Of a stretch of DNA of 44,098 bases, positions 34,592 through 43,023 are shown piece after piece; the stretch's first letter is position 1; each line of letters begins with the position of its first letter. The stretch lies in assembly GCA_036795065.1 (NCBI GenBank), contig DAIRFN010000004.1:1-44098 (forward strand). Direction: 5' to 3'. Origin of the DNA: Vicinamibacterales bacterium. Lineage in GTDB: Bacteria; Acidobacteriota; Vicinamibacteria; Vicinamibacterales; UBA2999. The notes under the pieces were generated by a model, which was not told the origin of the DNA, ran no database searches, and saw only the letters and a program-made list of their open reading frames with translations. The position numbers and the translations under genes are program-made.

Positions 34592-34613
34592 GTCAAAATG
34601 TCATTTGAATAGT
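34592..34613. promoter_or_regulatory. Candidate ArsR-type operator (copy 2 of the shared 22-nt motif)
   Basis: GTCAAAATGTCATTTGAATAGT lies 9 nt upstream of the minus-strand start at 34582, in the only strongly AT-rich stretch of this intergenic region. TCAA-N8-TTGA core is identical to copy 1. Confidence 0.45.
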
Positions 34614-34759
34614 TCCAGATCGCTCACGTGGCCGTCAAGGGCGCACTTCATCTCCCGAAGACCATCCCGACGGCGGGTCTGGAGTGCATCTCGGGGTGAT
34701 ACAAAGGGGCTGGCCGAGGCCCCCGTTCGCCGGCGGAGGCACCGGCGTCGAACCACGCC

Positions 34760-35401
34760 ATGAGCAACTACATCACCAGTGACACCCTGCTGCTGACCCT
34801 GGACCTGGCAGGGACGACGGTGTTCGCCATCAGCGGCGCTGCCGTCGGCGTCAAGCATCGCCTCGACGTCTTCGGGGTGTGCGTGCTGGCGTTTGTCGCC
34901 GGCAATGCCGGAGGCATGACCCGCGATGTCCTCATCGGCGCGGTGCCTCCCGCGGCCCTCAGCGGTTGGCGATACATCATGGTCTGCCTCATGGCGGCGA
35001 TCATCACGTTCTGGTGGCACCCCCGCGTCGAACGGCTGCGGCTCCCGATTCTGCTGTTCGATGCTGCCGGCCTCGGGCTGTTCGCGGTGGCGGGCGCTCA
35101 GAAGGCCCTCGCCTCCGGACTGGACCCACTCGTGGCGGCCCTGCTCGGCATGCTGACCGGGATTGGTGGCGGCGTGCTTCGGGACATGCTCGTCAACGAG
35201 GTGCCCACGGTGCTGCGCAGCGACCTGTACGCCCTCGCGGCGCTCGCTGGAGCCTCGGTGGTCGTCACCGGAGACCTGCTCCACCTGCCACCGGTGGCGA
35301 CAACCATCGGTGGGGCCGCGCTGTGCTTCGTGATCCGTCTCGCCGCGATCAGGCGTGGCTGGTCGCTGCCGATGGCCGACGTCAACCAGGGCCGTCCCTG
35401 A
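34760..35401 (+). CDS. TRIC-family (UPF0126, YadS/YicG-like) cation channel protein
   Basis: 213 aa with two UPF0126 repeats: DLAGTTVFAISGA...GGMTRDVL and DAAGLGLFAVAGA...GGGVLRDML. Confidence 0.85.
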   Translation: MSNYITSDTLLLTLDLAGTTVFAISGAAVGVKHRLDVFGVCVLAFVAGNAGGMTRDVLIGAVPPAALSGWRYIMVCLMAAIITFWWHPRVERLRLPILLFDAAGLGLFAVAGAQKALASGLDPLVAALLGMLTGIGGGVLRDMLVNEVPTVLRSDLYALAALAGASVVVTGDLLHLPPVATTIGGAALCFVIRLAAIRRGWSLPMADVNQGRP

Positions 35402-35885
35402 GGGCGGGACTCACAGCCCACGAACGAGTCCGGCGGGAATGGCCTTCCAGGGGCGGCCAACTCGAGCACAGAAGATGCCGAAAATGCGCGAGCGGCCGTC
35501 CGCCCGAACGCCTCGTCGATGATCGCCCGCGGCGCCGGGTGCCCGCCAGACCAGCCAGTCATCCTGAGGTTGTCGCCCGGGACGTCAACCGCTGAGGCGT
35601 TGCGGCCCGGCGTGAGGAGGCCGAGACGGTGTGAATCCCGCCATCTATGGCGACGAACCAGTACGTCCCCGAAGGTGCTGTCCACAAAGAGACAGCCGAC
35701 GCGAGAGGACGCCGCTACAGTCTGGATGCCGGGCTTCGACAGCCGGCGCCACTCTCAGGACAATCACAGCGTGAACGACCTTGGCGGCTCGGAAGCGCCC
35801 AGCCGCCCGGGAGTGGTTGACACGCAGAACGATGACCACGGCTCCTGGTCCACGACTCGAGGCCAGCAGCCCAGTGCGAGGCAGC

Positions 35886-36977
35886 ATGCTCCACGAATTT
35901 GTGACGGCTAATCGCGAGGACCTGATCCGCCGCTGCCGGACGAAAGTGAAGGCGAGGTCCATGCCGGTGCCGACGCCGGCGGAACTCGAATACGGAATCC
36001 CGCGGTTCCTGGATCAACTGGTCGACGCGCTCCGGCACCGACTCGCGTCGAATGTCGAAATCGATCGAAGCGCCGCGCAGCACGGGCGCGATCTGCACGT
36101 GCAGGGCTTCACCGTGTCACAGGTGGTGCATGACTATGGGGACGTCTGCCAGTCCATCACCGACCTGGCTCTGGAGACGGGGGCACCGATCAGCGTTGAG
36201 GACTTTCGTACGCTGAACCGCTGCCTCGATGACGCGATCGCGAGCGCGGTGACCGAGTACGGCCGGGAGCGGCCGGCGTCGGGCATGGTCGATGGCGCCA
36301 CTGGCGACGAGGAGCGCTTCGGGTTTCTCGTGCACGAGATCCGGAATCTCGTCAACACGGCGACCCTGGCCTTCGAGGTGCTCAACACCGGAAACGTCGG
36401 CGTGAGAGGGAGCACCGGTGCCGTCCTCCACCGCAGCCTCGCCGGGCTGCGAGACCTCATCGACCGGTCCGTCGCCGAGGTTCGGCTGGGCTACGGCATC
36501 GGTGATCGCGCGCACATCGTCGTCGCCGAACTGGTCAAGGAACTGGCGCCGGCGGCCCTTCAGGAGGCCGCGAATCGCGATCTCCGGTTCACGGTGCAGA
36601 GTGGCGAGGCTGGCCTGGCAGTTCATGCCGACCGGCAGATTCTGGCGGCGGTTGTCGTGAATCTGCTGCAGAACGCGTTCAAGTTCACGCGCCCGGGGAC
36701 GAGCGTCGGTGTGAGCGTCTCCGCCAGCGAGGATCGCGTGCTCATCGAGGTCGCCGACGAGTGCGGCGGTCTCGCGGAGGGCGCAGCCCAGGATTTGTTC
36801 CGGCCATTCCTGCAGCGTAACGCTGACCGTACGGGACTGGGCCTCGGACTCGCCTTCTGCAGATGGGGCGTCGAATTGAACGACGGTCGTATCTCGGCGC
36901 GCAATGTCCTGCCGCGCGGGTGCGTCTTCACGGTGGACCTGCCGAGAGCGCCCACGACCGTTCTGGCCACTGCCTGA
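35886..36977 (+). CDS. Cytoplasmic sensor histidine kinase with RsbRD_N-like N-terminal domain (orphan)
   Basis: Real start is ATG 35886 (MLHEFVTANREDLIRRCRTKV...IPRFLDQLVDAL). H-box FLVHEIRNLVN, N-box VNLLQNAFKFT, G-boxes DECGG and GLGLGLA. No TM segment and no adjacent response regulator. Confidence 0.85.
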   Translation: MLHEFVTANREDLIRRCRTKVKARSMPVPTPAELEYGIPRFLDQLVDALRHRLASNVEIDRSAAQHGRDLHVQGFTVSQVVHDYGDVCQSITDLALETGAPISVEDFRTLNRCLDDAIASAVTEYGRERPASGMVDGATGDEERFGFLVHEIRNLVNTATLAFEVLNTGNVGVRGSTGAVLHRSLAGLRDLIDRSVAEVRLGYGIGDRAHIVVAELVKELAPAALQEAANRDLRFTVQSGEAGLAVHADRQILAAVVVNLLQNAFKFTRPGTSVGVSVSASEDRVLIEVADECGGLAEGAAQDLFRPFLQRNADRTGLGLGLAFCRWGVELNDGRISARNVLPRGCVFTVDLPRAPTTVLATA

Positions 36978-37039
36978 TGGGACCTGGCGTGGTAGGTCGA
37001 CGCTGGGCCAAGCGCTCCTCTGGCGAGGACCCGCTGGGG

Positions 37040-37297
37040 CTACTTCTGCGGTTCGACGACCACCCGTCCCTCGGCGTTCAAGTAGACGCGATACCGGTTG
37101 CCATCCCTGCACGTGGCGGCGTAGTCGCTTTCGGCCACGACCCTGACGTCGACGACCTGGCCGCACGGCATCCCGTGGAGCGCGATGACCGCCGTCAGAT
37201 CCTTCTTGAGCGCCTCGTCGTCCTGGGCCTGTGGCGGCACGGCGAGCCACGACACCACGACGAGCGATTGGACGAGAGCTACGGTGGGTGCATTCAT
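37040..37297 (-). CDS. Small exported protein, function unknown
   Basis: 85 aa. Signal-like MNAPTVALVQSLVVVSWLAVPPQAQ. Two Cys. Last gene of the minus-strand run that begins with the P-type ATPase. Confidence 0.6.
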   Translation of the reverse strand: MNAPTVALVQSLVVVSWLAVPPQAQDDEALKKDLTAVIALHGMPCGQVVDVRVVAESDYAATCRDGNRYRVYLNAEGRVVVEPQK

Positions 37298-37312
37298 GGG
37301 TTCTCTCCCGCG

Positions 37313-37882
37313 TCAGCCCTGCAGGGTCGCGAACTTCTTCGGGTCCGCGAGCAGGCCCCAGATCGCCTCGCGCGAGGACACGATCGCCGACGCGAGCGCC
37401 TGGTCCTCGTCCTGGAGCAGCGAGAGCACCTTCATCATCATCAGCTCGTAGGACCGACGGAGGTCGGTCAAGGTGACCTTCGCCTTGCCCTGGTGGAACG
37501 CGCGGAACTGGTCGAGGAGATCGTCGACCTGGTTCTTGAGCGTGATCTTGGTGAAGAAGCCGATGGCCTTGGTGGCCTTGAGCCGCTCTGTCAGTCCGTT
37601 CAGGTCCAGCGATGGCGCCGGGGCGGGAGCCTCCGCGACGGGCGGGGCCACCTTTGGCGCGGGCGGTTTCGACGCCGGAGTGCCCGCGCGCGTTGCAGGC
37701 AGGGGCGCCTTGGGCGGCGCGGGCCGTGGTGCCGCCGGCTCCGCTGGCGTGGGCTCAGGCTGAGGCGCCCGGGGCTGCGGCGCGGCGACCGTGGGCTCCG
37801 GGACCGTCGTCTCGGGCTTGCTGCGCGCGCAGCCTACGGCGAGCAGCAGCAGCAGCGCAGCGTGGGCGAGGCGCATGGGCAA
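37313..37882 (-). CDS. Lipoprotein with Pro/Ala-rich linker and helical C-terminal domain, function unknown
   Basis: 189 aa. Lipobox LLLAVGC. About 75 aa of PxP-rich low-complexity sequence, then LNGLTERLKATKAIGFFTKITLKNQVDDLLDQF... Confidence 0.7.
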   Translation of the reverse strand: MPMRLAHAALLLLLAVGCARSKPETTVPEPTVAAPQPRAPQPEPTPAEPAAPRPAPPKAPLPATRAGTPASKPPAPKVAPPVAEAPAPAPSLDLNGLTERLKATKAIGFFTKITLKNQVDDLLDQFRAFHQGKAKVTLTDLRRSYELMMMKVLSLLQDEDQALASAIVSSREAIWGLLADPKKFATLQG

Positions 37883-37885
37883 TCC

Positions 37886-38272
37886 TCAGCGCTCGGTCCC
37901 GAAGTGCGCCTTCACCCTGGCCGCAATCTGCTGATCCGACAGTTTGGCGGTCGTCTCGACGTCGACCACGCATCCCGCATGCACCCTGGACCCGCGGAAC
38001 CGCCGCTCGAGCTCACCCTTCGCCTCGCCAGGGCCGAAGATTAGCAGCCTCTCGGGTCCCGAGAGTTGTTCGATGACCGCATCGTAGTACTGGTCCAGAT
38101 TCTGGCCGTGCCGTTCCTCGTACTTCTTCTCGCCTCCGCCATCCCCCTGGCCACCGAAACGAGGATGCGCGCCGACTTCGGATTCCACGGTCTCGGTGGT
38201 GATGCCCTCCGCTGTCACACGCACGATGACGGCCCGCGTGTGGTCGATCCAGATGCCCACGTCGTGACCCAT
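37886..38272 (-). CDS. Hypothetical cytoplasmic protein (weak resemblance to host-attachment/eRF1-related small proteins)
   Basis: 128 aa. MGHDVGIWIDHTRAVIV...LLIFGPGEAKGELERRF...AKLSDQQIAARVKAHF. 3-nt gap to the next gene. The family assignment is from memory of the motif pattern only. Confidence 0.6.
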   Translation of the reverse strand: MGHDVGIWIDHTRAVIVRVTAEGITTETVESEVGAHPRFGGQGDGGGEKKYEERHGQNLDQYYDAVIEQLSGPERLLIFGPGEAKGELERRFRGSRVHAGCVVDVETTAKLSDQQIAARVKAHFGTER

Positions 38273-38281
38273 ACGATCTCC

Positions 38282-38392
38282 CTAGTGGCGCTCTTTCATC
38301 ATCGGGCACATGGTCAACGCGCCGGGCCCGGCTGACATCACGACCGCCGCACAACCCGCCGCCATCGCTGCCGCAATTGTGGTCATGGTCAT
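38282..38392 (-). CDS. Possible 36-aa hydrophobic Cys/Met-rich peptide
   Basis: Manual translation: MTMTTIAAAMAAGCAAVVMSAGPGALTMCPMMKERH then TAG. Lies between the ATPase stop and the next gene. No convincing SD, so this is weak. Confidence 0.3.
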   Translation of the reverse strand: MTMTTIAAAMAAGCAAVVMSAGPGALTMCPMMKERH

Positions 38393-38458
38393 GCCCAAGT
38401 GTCACATGGACAGCCGCGACGCGCTGTCTTGAACAGCACAGGGGAGGCCGCGTGTGGG

Positions 38459-41050
38459 TCAGGCTTCCGGGCTCGACTGCAGGCGGGCGCGCCACAACGG
38501 CTTCAGCAGCTCGAGTCCAACCAGCACGAGCCCACCGGCACCCGCCGTCAGCGACAGGTCGTCCAGGTGCAGAGGCCCGAAGCGGAACAGGCCGCTGGCG
38601 AGTGGCCAAAGGAGCGTCAGCGCCAGCATCGCGACCACGCCCCCAAGGACCCACGCCAGTGCCGGGTTGGGCCGCCGGAACGCCTGGACCAGCGATGTGC
38701 TGAACGCGCGGTTCACGAAGATCACGCTGACGATCGTCAAGACCAGCGAGACGAAGGTGAGCGCCCGCACTTCGTCCTCTGGCATTCCCCGCCTGGAGGC
38801 GACGATGAAGATGCCGGCGACGAGCACGAACGCGACGACCCCCTGCAGCAGGCTCCAGCCGATCAGGGCGCCCGAGAACAAGAGCTCGTCCGGATCACGC
38901 GGCGGTCGGCGCATCACGTCGTCTTCCTCCGGCTCCGCCTCGAACACGAGAGAGCACACCGGATCGATCACCATCTCCAGGAACGCGATGTGCATCGGCC
39001 CGAACAGGAGGGGAAATCCGAACACGAGCGGGAGCAGGACCAGCCCCGCGATCGGCACGTGGACCGCGAAGATGAAGCCCATGGCCTTGCGGAGATTGTC
39101 GTAGATTCTGCGGCCGAGCCGGATTGTGGCGACGATCGATCCGAAGTCATCGTCCAGCAGGACAATGGCGGACGCCTCGCGCGCCACGTCGGTCCCGCGC
39201 CCCCCCATCGCGATCCCGATGTGCGCCGCCTTGAGTGAGGGCGCGTCGTTGACGCCGTCACCGGTCATCGCCACGACATCGCCATTGGCCTTGAGGGCGT
39301 TGACGATGCGAAGCTTCTGCTCGGGCATGATGCGCGCGAAGACCGTGGCCGTGCGCCCGCGATGGGCCAGCTCCGCATCGCTCAGCGTGTCGAGCTCCTC
39401 GCCCGTCACCACGTCGGCCGCGTCTAGACCGGCCTGACGGGCGATGGCCCTTGCGGTTGCGGGATAGTCTCCGGTGATCATCACCACCCGGATGCCGGCG
39501 GTGCGGCACTCACCCACGGCCTCGGTTACGCTGGGACGCAGCGGATCGGCCAGGCCGACCAGGCCCAGGAACGCGAAAGCGAAGTCGTGCTGGGCGTCGG
39601 GCCATGCGGGGCCCGAGTACGAGGCGCGGGCGATGCCCAGCACGCGCAGGCCCTCCGCGGCCATGGCGTCGACAGACTTCGTCAGCACGACCGCCGCGGA
39701 GGGATCGAGATGGCACAGATCGGCGATGGCTTCGGGGGCGCCCTTGGCCGCGATGACGAACTCCTGACCGCCATCGGCCGCCTGCCACACCTGCGACATG
39801 GCGAGCAGATCGGGGCGAAGGCCATATCCCCGGACGAGGGTCCATGCGGCGCCGTGCAGGTGCTCGGTTCCGCCCAGCCACCGACGGCCCAGATCGTGGA
39901 GCGCCTTCTCCATGGGATCGAATGGGTCGGTCGCGCTGGCGAGGAGGCTGAACTCGACCAGGGCGTGGAACGGCTCTGGCATGCGCGCGTCCACGACGTC
40001 GAGGGGCCGAAAGACCTCGCCGCTCGTCGTCCGCAACTCGGCCACCGACATCCGGTTCTCGGTGAGCGTGCCGGTCTTGTCCGTGCAGAGCACCGTGGCG
40101 GAGCCGAGCGTTTCGATGGCGGCGGCACGTCGCGTGAGCACACGCGCCCGCGAGATTCGCCATGCCCCCATGGCCATGAACACCGTCAGCACCACTGGAA
40201 ACTCCTCGGGGAGCATCGACATGCCCAGCGCGATGCCGCCCAGAACGGCGTCGAGCCATCCACCTCGCAGGGCGCCGTAGAGCAGCACCGCCAGCACGCT
40301 CACAGAGGCGCCGGCCATGGCGAACACCCGAACCAGTCGGCGAGTTTGCGCCTGCAGGCGCGGCGGCTCCGTTTCGAGCGTGGTCAGCGACCGGCCAATC
40401 TTGCCGATCTCGCTCAGGGCGCCCGCCGCAATCACCTCGGCAATGCCCGTCCCGGCCACCACCAGCGATCCGGAGAACACGTACGGCAGGTCATCGCCGC
40501 CGGGCCGCTTCCCCGGTGACGGGTTGGCACCCGCCCTGGCCACCTTGCGCACGGGCACGGACTCGCCGGTCAGCAGCGATTCATCGGTCTGCAGGTCACG
40601 GCTGTCCACGAGCACCGCATCGGCTGGAACGCGGTCTCCCTCGGCCAGGACGAGCAGGTCCCCACGCACCACCTCCCGACCCGCGATGCGAGTACGCTGA
40701 CCATCGCGAATGACCAGCGCTCTCGGGCTGGTGAGGTCGCGGAGCGCTTCCAGGACTCGTTCGGTCCGCGTCTCCTGCACCACCGTGATCAGCACCGACA
40801 TGGTGGCGAAGGCGAGCAGGACGAGGGCTTCCTTGAGGTTGCCGAGCAACAGATAGACCACGCCGCCGCCGAGCAGTAGTCCCAGCATCGGCTCACGCAG
40901 CACCTCGACCACGATGCGAAATGGCGTGCGCCGGTCCGGCCGGGGTAGCTCGTTGTACCCCTCCGACTGCAGCCGGGCGCGAACGTCTGCGTCGCTGAGA
41001 CCACGACGGCCGCCGGTGTCGACGATGGGCACGGGATCCATCTCGAGCAT
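38459..41050 (-). CDS. Cation-transporting P-type ATPase (type II, Ca2+/Mg2+-like)
   Basis: Real start is ATG 41050 (MLEMDPVPIVD...), 863 aa. LTGESVPV, CTDKTGTLTENRM, MITGDYPATA, MTGDGVNDAPSL motifs and 10 TM-like segments. Confidence 0.92.
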   Translation of the reverse strand: MLEMDPVPIVDTGGRRGLSDADVRARLQSEGYNELPRPDRRTPFRIVVEVLREPMLGLLLGGGVVYLLLGNLKEALVLLAFATMSVLITVVQETRTERVLEALRDLTSPRALVIRDGQRTRIAGREVVRGDLLVLAEGDRVPADAVLVDSRDLQTDESLLTGESVPVRKVARAGANPSPGKRPGGDDLPYVFSGSLVVAGTGIAEVIAAGALSEIGKIGRSLTTLETEPPRLQAQTRRLVRVFAMAGASVSVLAVLLYGALRGGWLDAVLGGIALGMSMLPEEFPVVLTVFMAMGAWRISRARVLTRRAAAIETLGSATVLCTDKTGTLTENRMSVAELRTTSGEVFRPLDVVDARMPEPFHALVEFSLLASATDPFDPMEKALHDLGRRWLGGTEHLHGAAWTLVRGYGLRPDLLAMSQVWQAADGGQEFVIAAKGAPEAIADLCHLDPSAAVVLTKSVDAMAAEGLRVLGIARASYSGPAWPDAQHDFAFAFLGLVGLADPLRPSVTEAVGECRTAGIRVVMITGDYPATARAIARQAGLDAADVVTGEELDTLSDAELAHRGRTATVFARIMPEQKLRIVNALKANGDVVAMTGDGVNDAPSLKAAHIGIAMGGRGTDVAREASAIVLLDDDFGSIVATIRLGRRIYDNLRKAMGFIFAVHVPIAGLVLLPLVFGFPLLFGPMHIAFLEMVIDPVCSLVFEAEPEEDDVMRRPPRDPDELLFSGALIGWSLLQGVVAFVLVAGIFIVASRRGMPEDEVRALTFVSLVLTIVSVIFVNRAFSTSLVQAFRRPNPALAWVLGGVVAMLALTLLWPLASGLFRFGPLHLDDLSLTAGAGGLVLVGLELLKPLWRARLQSSPEA

Positions 41051-41140
41051 CGTGGCAGCGCCCGACGTCCGGACGTTGTCTTGTTTGGTACATCCCTGCC
41101 AGCGTGAACTCTTTATAGTGAGGGTTGAAAGAGAGGCCTT

Positions 41141-41344
41141 ATGAATCGCGATGAACTCGAAGGCAAGACGGAAGTCCTCAAGGGCAAGCTCAAGCAGGCG
41201 ACCGGGGATCTCACGAACAATCCCGCCCTTCACGACGAAGGCGTCTCGGACGAGGTCGCGGGACGGACACAGGATGCCGTAGGCCACGCCAGACGAAAAG
41301 TCGGCGAGGCCATCGAAGACGTCGGCAACGCCCTCAAGAAATAG
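41141..41344 (+). CDS. CsbD-family general stress protein
   Basis: 67 aa. MNRDELEGKTEVLKGKLKQATGDLTNNPALHDEG...GEAIEDVGNALKK. GAGAGG RBS. Confidence 0.88.
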   Translation: MNRDELEGKTEVLKGKLKQATGDLTNNPALHDEGVSDEVAGRTQDAVGHARRKVGEAIEDVGNALKK

Positions 41345-41364
41345 TCATTCACATGGAGATCGCA

Positions 41365-41901
41365 ATGAGAACGGAACAATTGTCACGCCTCGTCGGGGCC
41401 TTGGCCCTGGTCCTCGTCTTCGCCGGCGTGGCGAGCACGGCGGACATCCCGGATGCGTGGGTGACCATGAAGACGAAGGTGTCACTCATGACGACCGAGG
41501 GGCTCAGCACGATGGACCTCAACGTGGATACGGTCAAGGGCGTCGTGACGCTGCATGGAAAGGTCGCGACCGAGGCAGAGAAGGCCAAGGCCGAGACGGT
41601 CGCGCGCGGCATCGACGGCGCCAAAGAGGTCAAGAACCTGCTGCAGGTGGTGCCGAGCGCTCAACGCGAGGTCGTGGAACGCTCGGACGACCTCATCAAG
41701 AAGGGCATCGATGACGCCTTCGAAGCCAACCGTCGCGTCAGCACCAGCGGTATCAAAGTCGCGTCGGTGAACAAGGGCGTCGTCCTTCTCTCCGGGAAGA
41801 CGAAATCGCTCGAAGCGCATCTGGAAGCGGTCGAGGTCGCGAATGCGGTTCGCGGCGTGCGACGTGTCGCCACCGAAGTCGAAGTGATGCCCCCGTCGTA
41901 G
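41365..41901 (+). CDS. Exported tandem BON-domain protein (OsmY-like)
   Basis: The second ATG (41365) has GGAG 6 nt upstream; the first in-frame ATG is 41353. Signal peptide. Two BON repeats (VDTVKGVVTLHGKVATEAEKAKAE..., VASVNKGVVLLSGKTKSLEAHLEA...). Confidence 0.85.
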   Translation: MRTEQLSRLVGALALVLVFAGVASTADIPDAWVTMKTKVSLMTTEGLSTMDLNVDTVKGVVTLHGKVATEAEKAKAETVARGIDGAKEVKNLLQVVPSAQREVVERSDDLIKKGIDDAFEANRRVSTSGIKVASVNKGVVLLSGKTKSLEAHLEAVEVANAVRGVRRVATEVEVMPPS

Positions 41902-41915
41902 GTCACTCAGCGCCA

Positions 41916-41951
41916 GGAGGGCCGGCTCCGTCGAACCTGCGGCGGCCCTCC
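41916..41951. terminator. Candidate bidirectional stem-loop between the convergent BON and crp-like genes
   Basis: GGAGGGCCG (41916-41924) pairs perfectly with CGGCCCTCC (41943-41951), with an 18-nt loop. No U-tract on either side, so function is uncertain. Confidence 0.3.
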
Positions 41952-41960
41952 TCGCGCCCG

Positions 41961-42641
41961 TCAGTCGCGCAGCACGACGCCCAGCAGCGAGTTGCGGACC
42001 GTGATCCCGTCGGTCCCGCCCTGGTACTCGATGAATCCCAGCCTCCGGAACTTGGTCATGAAGAAGTTGACGCGCGAGCGGGTCGTGCCCACCATTTCGG
42101 CCAGCACTTCCTGTGAAACCCTGGGAAGCTCCCGGTGCGTGGTGGGTTGCCCGTAGTGCGCCAGCAGGAGGAGCGCCCGTGCCAGCCGCTTCTCGGTCGA
42201 GTTCAGCAGCTGATCGACCAGGTCCTCCTCGATGCGGATGTTGCGCGTCAACATGTGGGTGAGGAAGTGATCCGCGAACGCGGGCTCCGCGTGGATCTGC
42301 CGCATCATCTCGTCCCGTTCCACGGCCAGGACCGTGCAGGGGGTCATCGCGGTCGCGGTGGCGATCCGGTGGGACTGGCCCGCCAGGCATCCTTCTCCGA
42401 AGAAGTGCCCGGCCTCGATCAGGGCCACCACCACTTCCTTCCCCGCGTGCGACAGGACCGACAGCCGCACCACACCCGTCTCGACATACATGACGCGGCT
42501 GGCCGGGTCGCCCTGCACGAAGATCTTCGCCTTCGGCGCGTACACGAGACGATTGGCCTGCATCGTGCTCCAATCGAGGACCGCCGCAGGCGCCTGGGGC
42601 GCAGGGCGGTTCGCCATGGGGCGTACCGTTCGTTTCGCCAT
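41961..42641 (-). CDS. Crp/Fnr-family transcriptional regulator
   Basis: 226 aa. cNMP-binding beta-roll (FFGEGCLAG...RIATATAMT) and C-terminal HTH (SQEVLAEMVGTTRSRVNFFMTKFRRLGFI). No N-terminal FNR Cys cluster. Confidence 0.88.
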   Translation of the reverse strand: MAKRTVRPMANRPAPQAPAAVLDWSTMQANRLVYAPKAKIFVQGDPASRVMYVETGVVRLSVLSHAGKEVVVALIEAGHFFGEGCLAGQSHRIATATAMTPCTVLAVERDEMMRQIHAEPAFADHFLTHMLTRNIRIEEDLVDQLLNSTEKRLARALLLLAHYGQPTTHRELPRVSQEVLAEMVGTTRSRVNFFMTKFRRLGFIEYQGGTDGITVRNSLLGVVLRD

Positions 42642-42786
42642 AGAAGATCAGGTTGATGATAGCACTGCCGCCGGGCGTATTGGCCGCTCTGGCCTGCGGG
42701 CGGGCGGGGTGTGCGAAACACGACAGACGCGACACGTGCGCCTTGCGAAGATTGGGCACAGGAGCTCCGCGACGCGGAGAAAAACC

Positions 42787-42936
42787 ATGCTGTATACCCT
42801 TGCCGTCGTCCTGTTGATCCTCTGGCTGCTCGGCCTGGTGAGCGGCTACACAGTCGGCGCGTTCATCCACGTGCTGCTGGTCATCGCGGTGGTGCTGTTC
42901 CTGGTCGGCCTGGTGAGCGGCCGCCGCATCGCCTGA
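42787..42936 (+). CDS. lmo0937-family small membrane protein (49 aa)
   Basis: MLYTLAVVLLILWLLGLVSGYTVGAFIHVLLVIAVVLFLVGLVSGRRIA. GGAGA lies 7 nt upstream of ATG 42787. Hidden inside a 200-aa track ORF. Confidence 0.75.
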   Translation: MLYTLAVVLLILWLLGLVSGYTVGAFIHVLLVIAVVLFLVGLVSGRRIA

Positions 42937-43023
42937 GCGTCTCGGTGCCGTCATCGTGTCCCTTATAGTGGGCTGGGGACACCGTCCCCGCCCCACCCCA
43001 CCGCGGCGTGTGAGACTGGGTCC

